A DNA stretch of 64,000 bases, taken from NCBI GenBank assembly GCA_950097015.1, contig CATNEN010000038.1:930001-994000 (forward strand), read 5' to 3'. Origin of the DNA: Macrostomum hystrix (Eukaryota > Animalia > Platyhelminthes). The notes under the pieces are model-generated. The model ran no database searches and was not told where the DNA came from. It was given only the letters and a program-made list of their open reading frames with translations. The position numbers and the translations under genes are program-made. Positions 25,442 through 37,789 of this stretch are shown here, piece by piece (the stretch's first letter is position 1; every line of letters starts with the position of its first letter).

Positions 25442-26653
25442 TCAAGCGGCATTGAGCACGGGGTACTTGGCCCGGATCCGAGCATTCGCTGCAATGAGGC
25501 CGGCGCGGCGCCTGCCAGAGGGCCTGCCAGGCGCTAGCCCCTTGAAGTTCTTGGCGCGGCGCGAATGCATCACTGCCGCTAGCAGGCCGAGCCCCGACTC
25601 CAGCTTGGTGTCCTCCCGGGCTCCGAATCTGTCCATGAGGATCTCGATGGACGGTCGCGAGAACAGGCAGCTGATGCTTAGGAAGATGGCCTGCAGGGCT
25701 TGCAGCATGAAGTGGATGTGCCACAGGCAGACGGACTCGCAGCTGTGGTAAAGCAGAAGGGCTGGCAGAGCGAACAGCTGGACGGCGCTGTTTGACACGA
25801 CCAGTTTGGCGAACACTCGAAAGGCGTTCACGGAGGCGCGGCTGTCCAAGCGACGCTCCTCGGTCATGGAGTCAATAATGCTGCCGAGGCGGATGAGCAG
25901 CGGAACCTGAAGCAGCTGGAGCAGCAGGCACGGCAGGGTGAGCAGGTACGCGTAGGACACCGCTACTGGCCGAAGCGAGCGCAGCACGCCGAGATGCGGA
26001 GCGGCGCAGTTTCGGTCGCGGTACACCTGAGCCAGGCTGCTTCTCAGGTAAGACAGGTGCGCGGCATGCGATATCGATTCGAGGAAGCCGTGCCACGTGT
26101 GCGGGGCGCTGCTGGGCATAGTGGTGGCATTCTGAGAGTCTGCGATCTGCAAGGTGCCAGCTGTTCCAACCGCAAGGAAAGGTGAAGCTATCAGCAGGCT
26201 CGCACCCAGGCATTTGAAGTAGGGCGCGCAGCTCCTAACTTGAACCAGGGGCTGAGCCAGCCGATGCTTGCGCTCCTCCAGCCACAGCAGGAACACGGAG
26301 CACAGACACCAGGCCGCCGAGGTCAGCTCGAGCAGGTGAAGCGCTGCGTTCGCCGGCGCCATGACTGGCGGAGGCAGTTCGTCTCGGTCGAGAAGGCAGG
26401 CGATGAGTCGCAGAGCTGCGCATGCTGTGTGCAGGCACAGGGCCGTCAGCAGCTGACGCCCGTAGAGTCGGCGAAGGTCGCGAACTCGAACCACGAGGCC
26501 CAGGTGGCCGCAGAAGGTGACGAGGGAGACGGACATGCAGATCAGAGGCAGCGGGGCGGCGCCCAGGTCTGCTGGCAGCTGCGAATCTGCGGATGTAGCG
26601 ACTGGGGACAGTCGAAGGGGCGGAGCCTGCGTCGCCTGTACGATTTGTGACAT
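25442..26653 (-). CDS. Methuselah-like / secretin-family (7tm_2) GPCR-like protein, single ORF
   Basis: Several hydrophobic helices; SVSLVTF...DLRRLYGRQLL (TM1-ICL1 pattern), FRVFAKL, LQALQAIFL (TM7 LQG-like); GC-rich codon usage. Confidence 0.75.
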   Translation of the reverse strand: MSQIVQATQAPPLRLSPVATSADSQLPADLGAAPLPLICMSVSLVTFCGHLGLVVRVRDLRRLYGRQLLTALCLHTACAALRLIACLLDRDELPPPVMAPANAALHLLELTSAAWCLCSVFLLWLEERKHRLAQPLVQVRSCAPYFKCLGASLLIASPFLAVGTAGTLQIADSQNATTMPSSAPHTWHGFLESISHAAHLSYLRSSLAQVYRDRNCAAPHLGVLRSLRPVAVSYAYLLTLPCLLLQLLQVPLLIRLGSIIDSMTEERRLDSRASVNAFRVFAKLVVSNSAVQLFALPALLLYHSCESVCLWHIHFMLQALQAIFLSISCLFSRPSIEILMDRFGAREDTKLESGLGLLAAVMHSRRAKNFKGLAPGRPSGRRRAGLIAANARIRAKYPVLNAA

Positions 26654-27159
26654 TGTGCAGGGCAGTTATTTTCCTTCTGCGTGCCAGTGGAAGAATTTTT
26701 GTCTTCTCTTTTGAGCTTTGCTTAGGGCGATTCAAAGAACTTCAGTTTGAACAGCCCGCAGCTGCCTAAGCGCTCCGTACAAAGAGGCGGCTTCTTTGAA
26801 GTGCAGCCAAGTCACAGCTGCAGCAGGTGCTGGAAAAATCTGGTGGCCGGTTCTGACCGAGATCGTTTTCTGCTACGGCTATTTTCCTGGAGGTGTCGTT
26901 TTTCACTTTTATCCACAGCCCTTTCAGTTTCTAGCTCTCTCTCTCTCGGGGTTGGGGACCAATCAGCTCTCTCGTCCAATCAGGTGAAGCCGCGTTCCTG
27001 CTGGGCTCGAGAGCTGGAAACGCGAGAACGGGCCCTCAAGTCCATCTGTGGCGATAAAAAATGAATTCGTAGTTTTAGATTTCTCTTAAGCTGCAGCTTT
27101 GGTTCAGCAGAATTTTCTGTTCTGTCTTGTCCGGCTGCTGCTGCTGCTTCTGGCTGTTC

Positions 27160-27300
27160 TGTCCATGGACTGAGGGGGACGCCACAGCCAGCCCTTTAAG
27201 TATCTTTCTAAAAGGCACAACTTATTCTAGTGAAGTCGGGAATCGAACCCCCTACCTTGAAGTCGTGAGTCCGACCCTCTAACCGCTAGACTACAACCCC
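27160..27300 (-). mobile_element. tRNA-derived SINE family 2, internally deleted copy
   Basis: Head ggggttgtagtctagcggttagagggtcggactcacg...ggttcgattcccg with A/B boxes; shares gtccatggact with copies at 36027, 46820 and 49940. Confidence 0.75.
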
Positions 27301-29078
27301 TTCACAATAAACCACTCACATAAAAAAGCGGCAATGTTGGACCACTAAGTCACTGAACCTGCACAATGCAAACGCTTTTATCAGCAGCATGGAAGCTGAA
27401 GACATTTTTTTGCTTTTTTACAATGTACTTGGAGTGGGTCTCACATGAAAAAGACTGGCTCACATTTTCGCACTCCAACTGTTAAAGCTGAAGATCCTAC
27501 TCAAAATTATTGATTTGAACTGTACGGAATGCAGACCTAATGTTTGTGCCTGCTTGAAGAGCAGAGTTTGTACTTTTATTTTCATCTGTTCTGTTAGAAC
27601 GTTCTTAGAGTGAGAGTGAGATTATACCAAAATGTGAGGCCGGTGTAAGAGAGGCTAATTTTTCTCTTTGCAATATTGCCGTGCCAACTAAAACAGCTTG
27701 CTGTAGTTTTTTTATGGAATTCTTCTCAGTTGCAATGTAACTCCATTTCTGTCTCGTCTTAATGCAATCAAAATCCCTAGACTGTTATCTTACTTCACAC
27801 CTCACAATAGACTATATATCCATTTATAGGTAAAACCTATTGCTTAGTGTCTAACATTCACTATCTTCAGTACATCTATCCTGAAATAACTTTATGCAGG
27901 TGTAAATTCTGTCTAATCTCAGCCTTATCGCTTGCAGAACTCCACGAACACTTTATATATACTCTATATATATGAGGCTGCCTTTCCTTATGCGTAAACA
28001 AATGAACTTTAATCAATTCGAAAATTCACGCGCTATTCAAACATTTTGCAGATCAGATGTCGAAACCGCCAAGGTCAAGTGCAGGTGGTTCTTTTCGATT
28101 CTTGGAACGTGCAAACAATTCACGCGGGTCACAGCAGCAGCGAGTCTGTGATTTACACCGTCGACCGCTCTCAACCATGACGGCACCGCAGCTCTGCCAG
28201 GTTTTATTTAATCAATTTTTCTAAGCCGGCCTTGATCGTCAGATCGTCACGGACTTTGCCTAATCTGCTAGCCCAGGGGAGTCCGTGGAGCTCTCCGCAT
28301 CGTCTTCGTGCCAGAAGATTTACAGCCGCAGTCTCCGTCTTGAGATGGCATCAGCATCCCCTGCGTTATTGAGAAGTTCACTGGGTGGAGATATTTATTC
28401 TTAAATCGAATTAAAAAATATTCCTTATCTTTTAAAACCAGATGTTTTTTGTTTTTTTACATACATTTAACCTGTACATTTAACTGTAACAAGTTTTAGT
28501 TTATTTTTACTAGTTTCGAGGAAAATATGAATGCACAGCTAATGTGCGCTCGTGAGGTAAAAATTGTGTAAAAGTTGAGCAACCTTTTGAACTTCATACA
28601 TCCTGCTTTATAAATTCATTTTGATAGGTATCTATCGGCATGGCCTCAACTCTGATCAATCGAAAATTTATTCAAAATTTAGTCTGTGGCGAAAAGTGCA
28701 CACGCCATTAGATTTTTCAAAGCTACATTTTTTATTTAAAAAAACACGCGATTAAATTATTTATCCGCGTTTATAAAGGATTCTAAATAATTAATTTCTC
28801 TTCTTAGTGCGAGAATCTCACATTCTGTTAGTTTCGCTTGTTGTGAAGCTTTGTCGCACAGGCATGACTTCTCATGAGGCTGGTCGGTTGAAAACAGCGA
28901 ATCAATCACGGTCGCCTGTTTTAGAACATTCGACAGTGCAGGCGCTGCGAAAGAGATCTTCAATGCAGTAAGTTATAAAAAATGGTCGTTTGGAGAACTG
29001 CGTTGGTTCAATGGTGGTTGTGGTTCAGTGAAGCCGTTAGAGTCCCATACTAACGTAAATTTTACCTGTAATTTTTAG

Positions 29079-31539
29079 ACACTCGGATCAGCAGTCCCCA
29101 GATTCCTGGAAACTCAGAGTAAGTCAACAAGATTCAGAGTCGACGCCAACAGTAGAAACTGCCGCCGACGACGAAAAGGTTGTGTACTACTCATTTGTCG
29201 TCGATGCACGCCTGGCCGACGCGCTAACAGCGGATGCAGAAGTGGACAAAGTTTTGGCCGACATCGAGCGCACCTGCGGCTGCATCATCATCGTTGATCA
29301 ACAAAATCAAAAGCGAAGGCGACATTCGTCTAATGTCGAGAATTGTGCCGTTCGAGTCAGGGTGCTGATGAATGAAATCGGTGGCAACTTCAGAAGCAGC
29401 GCCACACGGCTCTCCGATCTGATCGGGAGCCTGGGCGGCAGATGGCAGGTCCAGCGCTTGGTGAGGAGACTTTCCTCGCCCATCGATGACAAAAGTGGCT
29501 TCAGCAGCAGCGCCTGGATCAATCGGACGGTCACCGGAAGCAACATCAACACGGATGAAGACTGCATGAACTGCAGCAACTGTGTCAACAGTCCAGGGAG
29601 CAGAGGCTGTAGTAGCAACAGTAGTCTGGTGTCTTCATTGACCGATGAGAGAGTTGATTCCGGACGTTGGATTCTGAACTCCTCAGTGAGTCCGTTTATA
29701 AGACTTCGACAGGTACAACAGCGGCTGCAAATGCAGCAGCAGCAGCAGCAGCAGCAGCCAGAGTCCAGAGCCCAGACGCTCCCAGGACCCTCGCTTCAGT
29801 TCATTCGCCGCCTATGGAGACAAGCGGTCCGGCTGCTCGCAGAAGCCACGAGATCGGCGACTGCGGAGGCCGCGGCCAATGAGCTTGCTTACTTCTCTAG
29901 AACAGGCAAAACTAACGAGAGGCACCAGCAGAAGCAGAACAAGTTTTCAAAGCCGGTTCTGTGCGCACATAACACAAGCACAAAGCATCCCGATGCGGAG
30001 CACATATTGCTTCTCAGCGCACTGACTGTTGATGCCGAAGCGACTAACTGGAATAAGGCAATCGACAATGAAGCTAACAGCACAGACCAACTTATCATCG
30101 ACGACTCCAGCTTCTCCAGCACTAACTGCACATTGCAGAAGCAGTTGACGGCCTCTGTGTCTCTCGGAGCCGCACTTTGCGGAGGCCAAGCACACAGTTG
30201 CGCTTCAGCCTCAAGCGCCAGAGCAGGTGTGAAAGCTTGCGCAGAGTTTCAGGTAGCTACTTCTGTTACAAATTTTCAATCCACAGCTTCTCGTCGGCTA
30301 GCAGTTTTGCGGACGGCAACTTCAAAGCAGCGCTCTTCACAAAACAACGCTACGGTACACAGCTGCTTGTCAAGTCACGCCTCTTCCGCTTCTGCAGTGT
30401 CGCACCATTTGAACAGCGCTTTGGAACATCAGACGTCACAGCTGTCAACGCAAGCTGTCTGTAGAGCTGCTGACGGTCTTGATCTAGCACCAGAGTCTAT
30501 AAAGACTCTGCTTACCGCGCCAGCCAAGTTAGCATTCGGTGGGTCGTACGAGCTACCTGCGTCAGCATCGGCTAGCTCGTGCTCTTTCTCTCGTGCGAGA
30601 AGCTGTTCATCCAAGGCTGAAAGTTTTCGTCTGGCGTCCTCGCACCGAGAGCGTCTTCAGTGCGCGGCGCACTCTAGACCGGCGCCACCCAGCGCCCAGT
30701 CGGAGATCGAGTCATCCTCCGCCTTCTGCCAAGTCGGCAGCTCTGAGCAGGTTAACAGCGGCCAGGTGCATGAAGTCTGTCATCAAATGGGCGTTACGCA
30801 CAGTGCAGCTGAAAAGCTGCAGTCCGAATGCTCAGTCCAGTCAGTCAGCTTGTGTTACTACCAACTCTCTGCGCACGAGAGAGCGGCTGCCCTCACGCTG
30901 AAGCTGACCGCTTTGTCCGATATAACAGCCACATTTCCCGCGGTGTCGGTTGTTCGCAGAAAGCACGATAGGCATGCGACGCCCAAGCGTCAACCTCTGC
31001 TAGAGTTGAACCTCCATCAACCAAGAAGCAGTCAGCTACTAGCTAGCTGTCAAGTTATCAGCATAGATCGAGTTCAATCTTCTTTGCAAGAGAATGGAGG
31101 TAAAGTTGCTATGGCAACTGAGACTACTGTCTCCATGGCGAGCCAGTGCGATGAGTGCGCGCACGTTCAGCCGGCTGCGACTGTTGTGTCCTGCAGTAGT
31201 AGCTCGGGGTCTCGTCAGGCCCGACCTGAAGCGCTTGCTTACACGCGTGGCCTGCAGGATGGTATTGTCCACGATGCCAACACCGTGCAGACCTTGGCGG
31301 AGATAATCTTCGAGGTGGCGGCAGCGATGGAGCTGAGACTGGCCTGGCCGAGTCAAACCTGGCGACGTCCGGCGGCCTCGGCGGAGCTGACTGCCTGCTG
31401 TGCAGAGGCCAGACGGCATGTAATTGAACGCACCAGCGACACCGTGGAGAAAATTGACGGCAGTGAGTCGGTGTGCATCTACTCGGAGCTGGTGTGGCAG
31501 TCGCGGAAGAGTCACCAGCTGGCCTGGACAGCCTTGTAA
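29079..31539 (+). CDS. Large terminal exon of an uncharacterised Ser/Ala/Gln-rich protein; possible degenerate KH-like N-terminal segment
   Basis: Open frame of over 800 codons starting after a tttttag acceptor at 29078; polyQ tract; LADIERTCGCIIIV weakly KH-like. Confidence 0.7.
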
Positions 31540-31852
31540 GGGCCTTTGACATGCAGGCTAACACTTCGTGCGGATTTTGTCTTTAACTGAACTTGGGACT
31601 GCAGGTGTAAAATCTCGGAAGCCATTTCTTGCATAACTAGTTCGCATACAAAAAAGTAATCCAGAATTCACACGAAAATATTCACTTGATCAGAACTTAA
31701 AGATTTAAATGCGCAAACTGTCAGAGGCTTATGTATTGGGGGGGCCAGCCAGTTCAGTAGTATAAAGGTGCTAGCAGTATCGGAAGATGCACCTACAAAA
31801 CCAGGAGCTAAATGATCAACTTATTGACAACGGCACCTGCAACTGCAGCCAG

Positions 31853-32041
31853 AGCAACACGGTGTGTGCTTGACTCCTGCACAGCAACACGGTGTGTGCT
31901 TGACTCCTGCACAGCAACACGGTGTGTGCTTGACTCCTGCACAGAAACACGGTGTGTGCTTGACTCCTGCACAGCAACACGGTGTGTGCTTGACTCCTGC
32001 ACAGCAACACGGTGTGTGCTTGACTCCTGCACAGCAACACG
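31853..32041. repeat. 30-bp tandem repeat, ~6 copies
   Basis: agcaacacggtgtgtgcttgactcctgcac. Confidence 0.95.
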
Positions 32042-32384
32042 CATATTTTCCTGGTCAAATTTAGCTTTGAGATGCGGCAGCATAGAACAACCTTTTTTAA
32101 GTCACTGTCTTAGCAGTTGACAGCACTGCTTTAAAGCTCTATAGCTCTATAGCGAGTGTTGTAAGTGCGAGAGTGAATTCTTTTTTGTCAAACTTTTAAA
32201 TAGTTTCTTCATTATTAATCATCGTTTTTACAATACTTTTTTTCATTTACAAAGTTTTTTTCATTGTTGCGAATTTATTCAGTAAGATTAAACATAAAAT
32301 TACTTTTCTCAAAATACTTTCTTTTCTTTCAAGTATCTTCTTGCGAGCTATACTTATGTTTTTGACTTTTATGTACAAAATTAC

Positions 32385-32670
32385 TTGAGGTGCGCTCAAC
32401 AACCATTGAGGTGAGTTCAAAATTAATTAAGTTGTGCTCAAAATACTCATACATAGAGGTGCATTTAAAAATCATTGACGTGTGCTCAACAATGATTGGG
32501 GTGTGCTCAACATTCATTGGGTGTGCTAAACACTCATTATAGGTATGCTCAACAATCACCGAGGTGAGCTCAACATTGATTTAGATGTGCTCAAAAATCA
32601 TTGCGGTGTGTTTAGCACTCTTATTGACGTGCTCAACATTCATTGACGTGTACTCAACCGTTATTGAGGA
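32385..32670. repeat. Degenerate ~20-bp tandem repeat
   Basis: Recurrent gtgtgctcaaca...cattga. Confidence 0.7.
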
Positions 32671-33211
32671 CGCCTCTGAAAACGCGCCATAGTAAACAGG
32701 ACACACGAGTCGCACAAAGCTGCTTCAGGTCCAGTACTCAAGGTGCAACTCGTAAAGCTAGCTCGTATCGACATTTCATCATCCCACAGCTTCAAAACTA
32801 ATCGATAATCAGCCTTCTGAATCTAATGAAATCGATTCTAGACATGGACTAGGATGTCACTAGTCGATTTAATAGATTGACTTAAACTTTTCCACAGCGG
32901 AAATTACTAGATGCCTTAACTGCTGTGCAAATAACCTCGAGAACTCAAGCATCGATTGATGATAGGAAACACGGCAGTCTCGCAACATCTTACATTGAGA
33001 ACTAAAATTACAGAAACCAAGCGCCAGCAAACACTAAAAACTATATTTAATCAGACGAATTAACCTGCACTTGCCCAATATATATCCATAGACTTATTTG
33101 AGGAACATCTGCTGCAATCATCCAGTTCTTTAGGGCCGGTCCGAGGAGCATGTTTATCTAAAATGACAGAATATCAAGCACAGCGATCAGCAAGCCGACA
33201 GGCAGCCTAGT

Positions 33212-34166
33212 CCGCTCCGCCCTCTGTTCCGCTCTCTCAGCTGATTGCTCCGCCCTCTGTTCCGCTCTCTCAGCTGCTAGCTCCGCCCTCTGTTCCGCTC
33301 TCTCAGCTGATTGCTCCGCCCTCTGTTCCGCTCTCTCAGCTGATTGCTCCGCTCTCTGTTCCGCTCTCTCAGCTGTTAGCTATGCTCTCTGTTCCGCTCC
33401 CTCTCAGCTGCTAGCTCCGCTCTCTGTTCCGCTCCCTCTCAGCTGCTAGCTCCGCCCTCTGTTCCGCTCCCTCTCAGCTGCTAGCTCCGCCCTCTGTTCC
33501 GCTCCCTCTCAGCTCCGCCCTCTGTTCCGCTCCCTCTCAGCTGATAGCTCCGCCCTCTGTTCCGCTCTCTCAGCTGATAGCTCCGCCTTCTGTTCCGCTC
33601 CCTCTCAGCTGCTAGCTCCGCCCTCTGTTCCGCTCTCTCAGCTGATTGCTCCGCACCCACTCAGCTCCGCCCTCTGTTCCGCTCCCACTCAGTTGCTAGC
33701 TCCGCTCTCTGTTCCGCTCCCTCTCAGCTGCTAGCTCCGCTCTCTGTTCCGCTCCCTCTCAGCTGCTAGCTCCGCCCTCTGTTCCGCTCTCTCAGCTGAT
33801 TGCTCCGCACTCTGTTCCGCTTCCACTCAGCTCCGCTCTCTGTTCCGCTCCCTCTCAGCTGCTAGCTCCGCTCTCTGTTCCGCTCCCTCTCAGCTGCTAG
33901 CTCCGCTCTCTGTTCCGCTCCCTCTCAGCTGCTAGCTCCGCTCTCTGTTCCGCTCCCTCTCAGCTGCTAGCTCCGCTCTCTGTTCCGCTCCCTCTCAGCT
34001 GCTAGCTCCGCTCTCTGTTCCGCTCCCTCTCAGCTGCTAGCTATGCTCTCTGTTCCGCTCCCTCTCAGCTGCTAGCTCCGCTCTCTGTTCCGCTCTTTCT
34101 CAGCTGCTAGCTCCGCTCTCTGTTCCGCTCCCTCTCAGCTGCTAGCTCCGCCCTCTCTCTCAGCTG
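33212..34166. repeat. ~32-35-bp CT-rich minisatellite
   Basis: gctccgc(c/t)ctctgttccgctccctctcagctgcta. Confidence 0.95.
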
Positions 34167-34633
34167 CAGTGTAAATAAACCAAACTAAAGCTATAATTGT
34201 CAAATTATTAGAAAGCAGATAAAAGTTTATAGACATCAATATTTCGTTTAAAACTGCTGAGGACACAAAAATACGAGTAGATGACAAACTAGTTCAAGCT
34301 TTGTTTATTTAGGAATTTTTGTCTAATTTTCAAATCGAAATACATCCTAGAAATGCTCAACAGGAGAGTCAGCTAAAGAAAAAAATCGAACAAGAATGAA
34401 AATGTGCAACTGGCATTACTATATTGTAGATTAGGACGAGAGTGCATACTCACAGTAGTAGTCAATGAATGAATGTGAAGAGCAATTACAAATAAATGCC
34501 ATCTTTTCCGGGTGGTCAAACTCCAAATCTTCGAATTTGGCCTTGAAGCCGCTGCCTGCTTCGCCCCGATCGAGTTGATGCAGTCTTTTCCGTCCCTCCA
34601 AACTGCCCGCCACCACCTGGTAACTACAAGCTG

Positions 34634-36341
34634 TCATTCCACATCCCGAGCCGTTGCCATGGCAACAACGCCAAGCCGCTCGTCCAGCTGGTAGATCCTG
34701 CAGATCTCCGTCACCAGGCGGTCCATGAGGCCAGCGCTGGCCTCGGGCCACAGAGCCCGATACCAGGGCTGCCGACTTTCAACCTCACCTGGCAGATTGA
34801 TGCCAATTAGTTGCATAGCAACCGCGATGACGCCAAGGCTGATAGCCTGTGGCGGATAGACAAGGCACAATGGCGCATGGTAGGTGTCGCGCAGAATGGC
34901 CCAGGCCAGTGTTGGCAAGCCGGACTGCCTTAGAGTGTCTGGCGGCAGCCAGTCAGCGATGGCATTCAGCTGGTGCAGCAGGTGCGGATGCGGAAGCTGC
35001 AGCTCCGTGTTGAAGCCAACGGCGCGAACTAGAAAAAGCTCGCAGGTGGCCAGCGATTGGCGGAGCCCGTTGTACACAGGATTATTGCCGCCCTCCAGTG
35101 GCTCTTTGTCCGGGTGAACAGTTCTGTAATTGGAATGCAAATAAAGACTTTGTCTCTAGGCATTTTAGTTGGTTAAAGTTTTCGCTTAATTAGGGAATTC
35201 TAACCCCACCCTTAATAATACAACTTGCAGAAGGGCTGCGGGCAATGGCACAGCAGTTGGTGACACTAGACCCGCAGCCAGGAGGCAATTCTGCCCATTT
35301 CGCTGACTCCTCAGCACACACGAACACAGATACTGTACGCAAACAAATGTGGCCTCGCCGCGTAATCGAGCTCAGGAACCTTAGCGCAAAGGGGAAACGC
35401 GTTAAACAATTTGCCATTCGGCCCCCAAAAACCCATTCAATATCCCATAGGGGAGAATTTTGAATCCCATTTCTAGATGTGTGAATTCAAAATCACATCG
35501 TTATATTTCATCGTCACATAAAAAATCCAATTTTTTTTTCTAATCACTATCCATTCACACAAAATATGATAATAATGACAACAGTTGTAACTTAAAGATA
35601 ACTTTCAACTCACTGATGGAACACATTGATAATATCCCTTGAAAACACAGACTTGTCCAGAAGCTTGGCAGCCAGATGAACACAGGACATTAGCACAGTC
35701 TGTTAGGATGTAATTTGGATGGCAAATATGTAGCTTTTGTACATCACTAAAACAAATACTAGAAAATGCAATGACTTACATTAGGATCCACATCTTCAAT
35801 GCTGATTGATTTGTAAAATCTGTGATAAAGAGTGGCTGCACCAGCAAAAGTCATTGTGTCCAGTTCCAATTTGACAGCTGTTGGATAAATAAATAAGATG
35901 TAACAAATACTATTATAATTCTTTGTTTAATATATGCTTAGGTAGGCTAGAAATGAAAATAAAATCGAAGGATAAGCTGTTCGTCGGTAAAACATTCATT
36001 TAGTAACCGTTATAATAATTAATTACACTTGCCCCAATTGGGCCAGATGTGCAGTGGACAGCACAGCGGCAGCCGGCTGCGTAGCCCTGTCCAGTCCATG
36101 GACTGGGCATCCTCACCCATTAAACAGCTGGGTGAACTGAAGCAATGCAGAGTTAAGCGTCTTGCTAAATGACATAATTTGTTCCAATGGAGTCGGGAAT
36201 CGAACCCCTGACCTTAGTCGTTAAGTATAAGTAACAGTTACGTAATATTTTTGTTACATTAGCCAACTTACAAGCCTCAGTGAGTGTAGCAATTGTCTTA
36301 AAGTGAAACTCTTCGACCTGTTGAGCTCTTAATGGATCCAT
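34634..36341 (-). CDS. CCNQ: Cyclin Q (cyclin M/FAM58A); exons 36341-36272, 35877-35780, 35699-35614, 35123-34634
   Basis: In-phase GT-AG splicing gives MDPL...HFKTIATLTEASVKLELDTMTFAGAATLYHRFY...SCVHLAAKL...RDIINVFHQTVHPDKEPLE...LRQSLATCELFLVRAVGF...LPHPHLLHQL...AWAILRDTYH, matching FAM58A. Confidence 0.92.
35226..35425 (-). mobile_element. SINE family 1 copy in cyclin Q intron 3
   Basis: Homologous to 52925-53270 with an internal deletion. Confidence 0.75.
36027..36215 (-). mobile_element. SINE family 2 copy in cyclin Q intron 1
   Basis: Reverse-complement similarity to 49940-50222. Confidence 0.75.
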
Positions 36342-37789
36342 TGGGTTTTTATAGGCAATATTAATAGATGCACTGAAAAAAAATTCACTTAAAATTAGAA
36401 AGAATTTTTGAAAGTAGAAAGTTTAGCAGTGTCTAGGCTAGATCTTGTTTAATCGATTTAATATTAGTATTATTATTATTAATAGTCATTAGAGTTCCAT
36501 TGTAGCATTGAATATGGCTATGGGAAGTTTGGGATATGGTGCTTTTCGACAAAAGTTACAGATATGGATATGACTATGAGAACTTCTGTTTCCTGAATTT
36601 AGTTTCTGCATCTTGAGTTCTCAAATGTTTGCACTAAAGTGAGTAAAACAAACAGCACAGACACAACTAAAAATGATAGAAATTTATTGATAGAGAAAGA
36701 AACACAAAAATTCTATACAAATTTTTAGGGATAAGTGATGGCTAGGATGAGATGTAGAGAGACTAATGAGAGCTAGTGACAAAGAGGATATGTGACAGAC
36801 ACTTCAGACTGCCTATAATGGGAACTCTTAATTCATCCTGATAGTCAAGCTATCAGGATTTCAATGCAATGTGCATATGGTGGGGCAGTGCCCCTAAACC
36901 TGTCATGTCCCAGGAAAGGCTTGAAGTCTCATTGTCTGCAGTTCTGCTAGGTTTGCTATTCCAGTACCTCATTGGTTGGATAGTAACAGGAAGTTACAGG
37001 AAATTTTTTAGTTACAGATACAGATAGGCTAGGACTATGGGAAAATTTTGTTTACAGCAAAACTCTAATAGTCATACTATAACTTCTAGTTATGGCCCAA
37101 TATAAAAAGTATATGATCTGAAACTAATAACCAATCTATATATATAAAAGTGAAAACTCTGTCTGTGTGTGTGTGTGTGTGCAACCTTTTGTCTTTATAG
37201 ACGCCGAAACCGCTCAACCAAATCGCACCAAACTTTGCACATACCTAAAACCACCTACGCTGAGTGCAATAGGCTACTCAAATTCCCGAAAAATCATTTC
37301 CTTCCTGCTCAAAAGTGCAAAAAACTGCTCAAAAATCGTCAAAAAATCACTCAATTCGACATATCGTCGCCCCACTTTGTCAGATTTTCTCCAAATTTGA
37401 TCCACTTACACTTTACATGTTTTCCAACAATGCTGTCAATTTTGAACATCTCTACTCAATCCAGAGCAAAGCTGCATCATCTCAAAGTGAGTCACTTTTT
37501 GTTTTCCGAGGACAGCCACCCCAACTCCCCTCCGCCACTCTGCGGGCCAAATTTTATTACAGCCACCCCCTCCCTTCCCCGGGCGCCGAAGGCCCAGACT
37601 GTACATTGTATTTCAAGCCGTGAATGTACACAGCCCAAACCCCTAGACTGTCTACTGGCCCCCAAGCAGCACTGAGACTGAGTGCGGTGAGTGCGGTGGC
37701 GTCCCAGTGCGCAGGGCTCTCCGGTCGATATTTCTCCTACCTGCGTATCTGTTTTCCGATATTTCACTACCTGCGTATCTTGACCGATC

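Noticed and set aside
27228-27300. Functional tRNA gene
   Set aside because: A/B boxes are present but the acceptor stem does not pair and it runs into a SINE body shared with other copies
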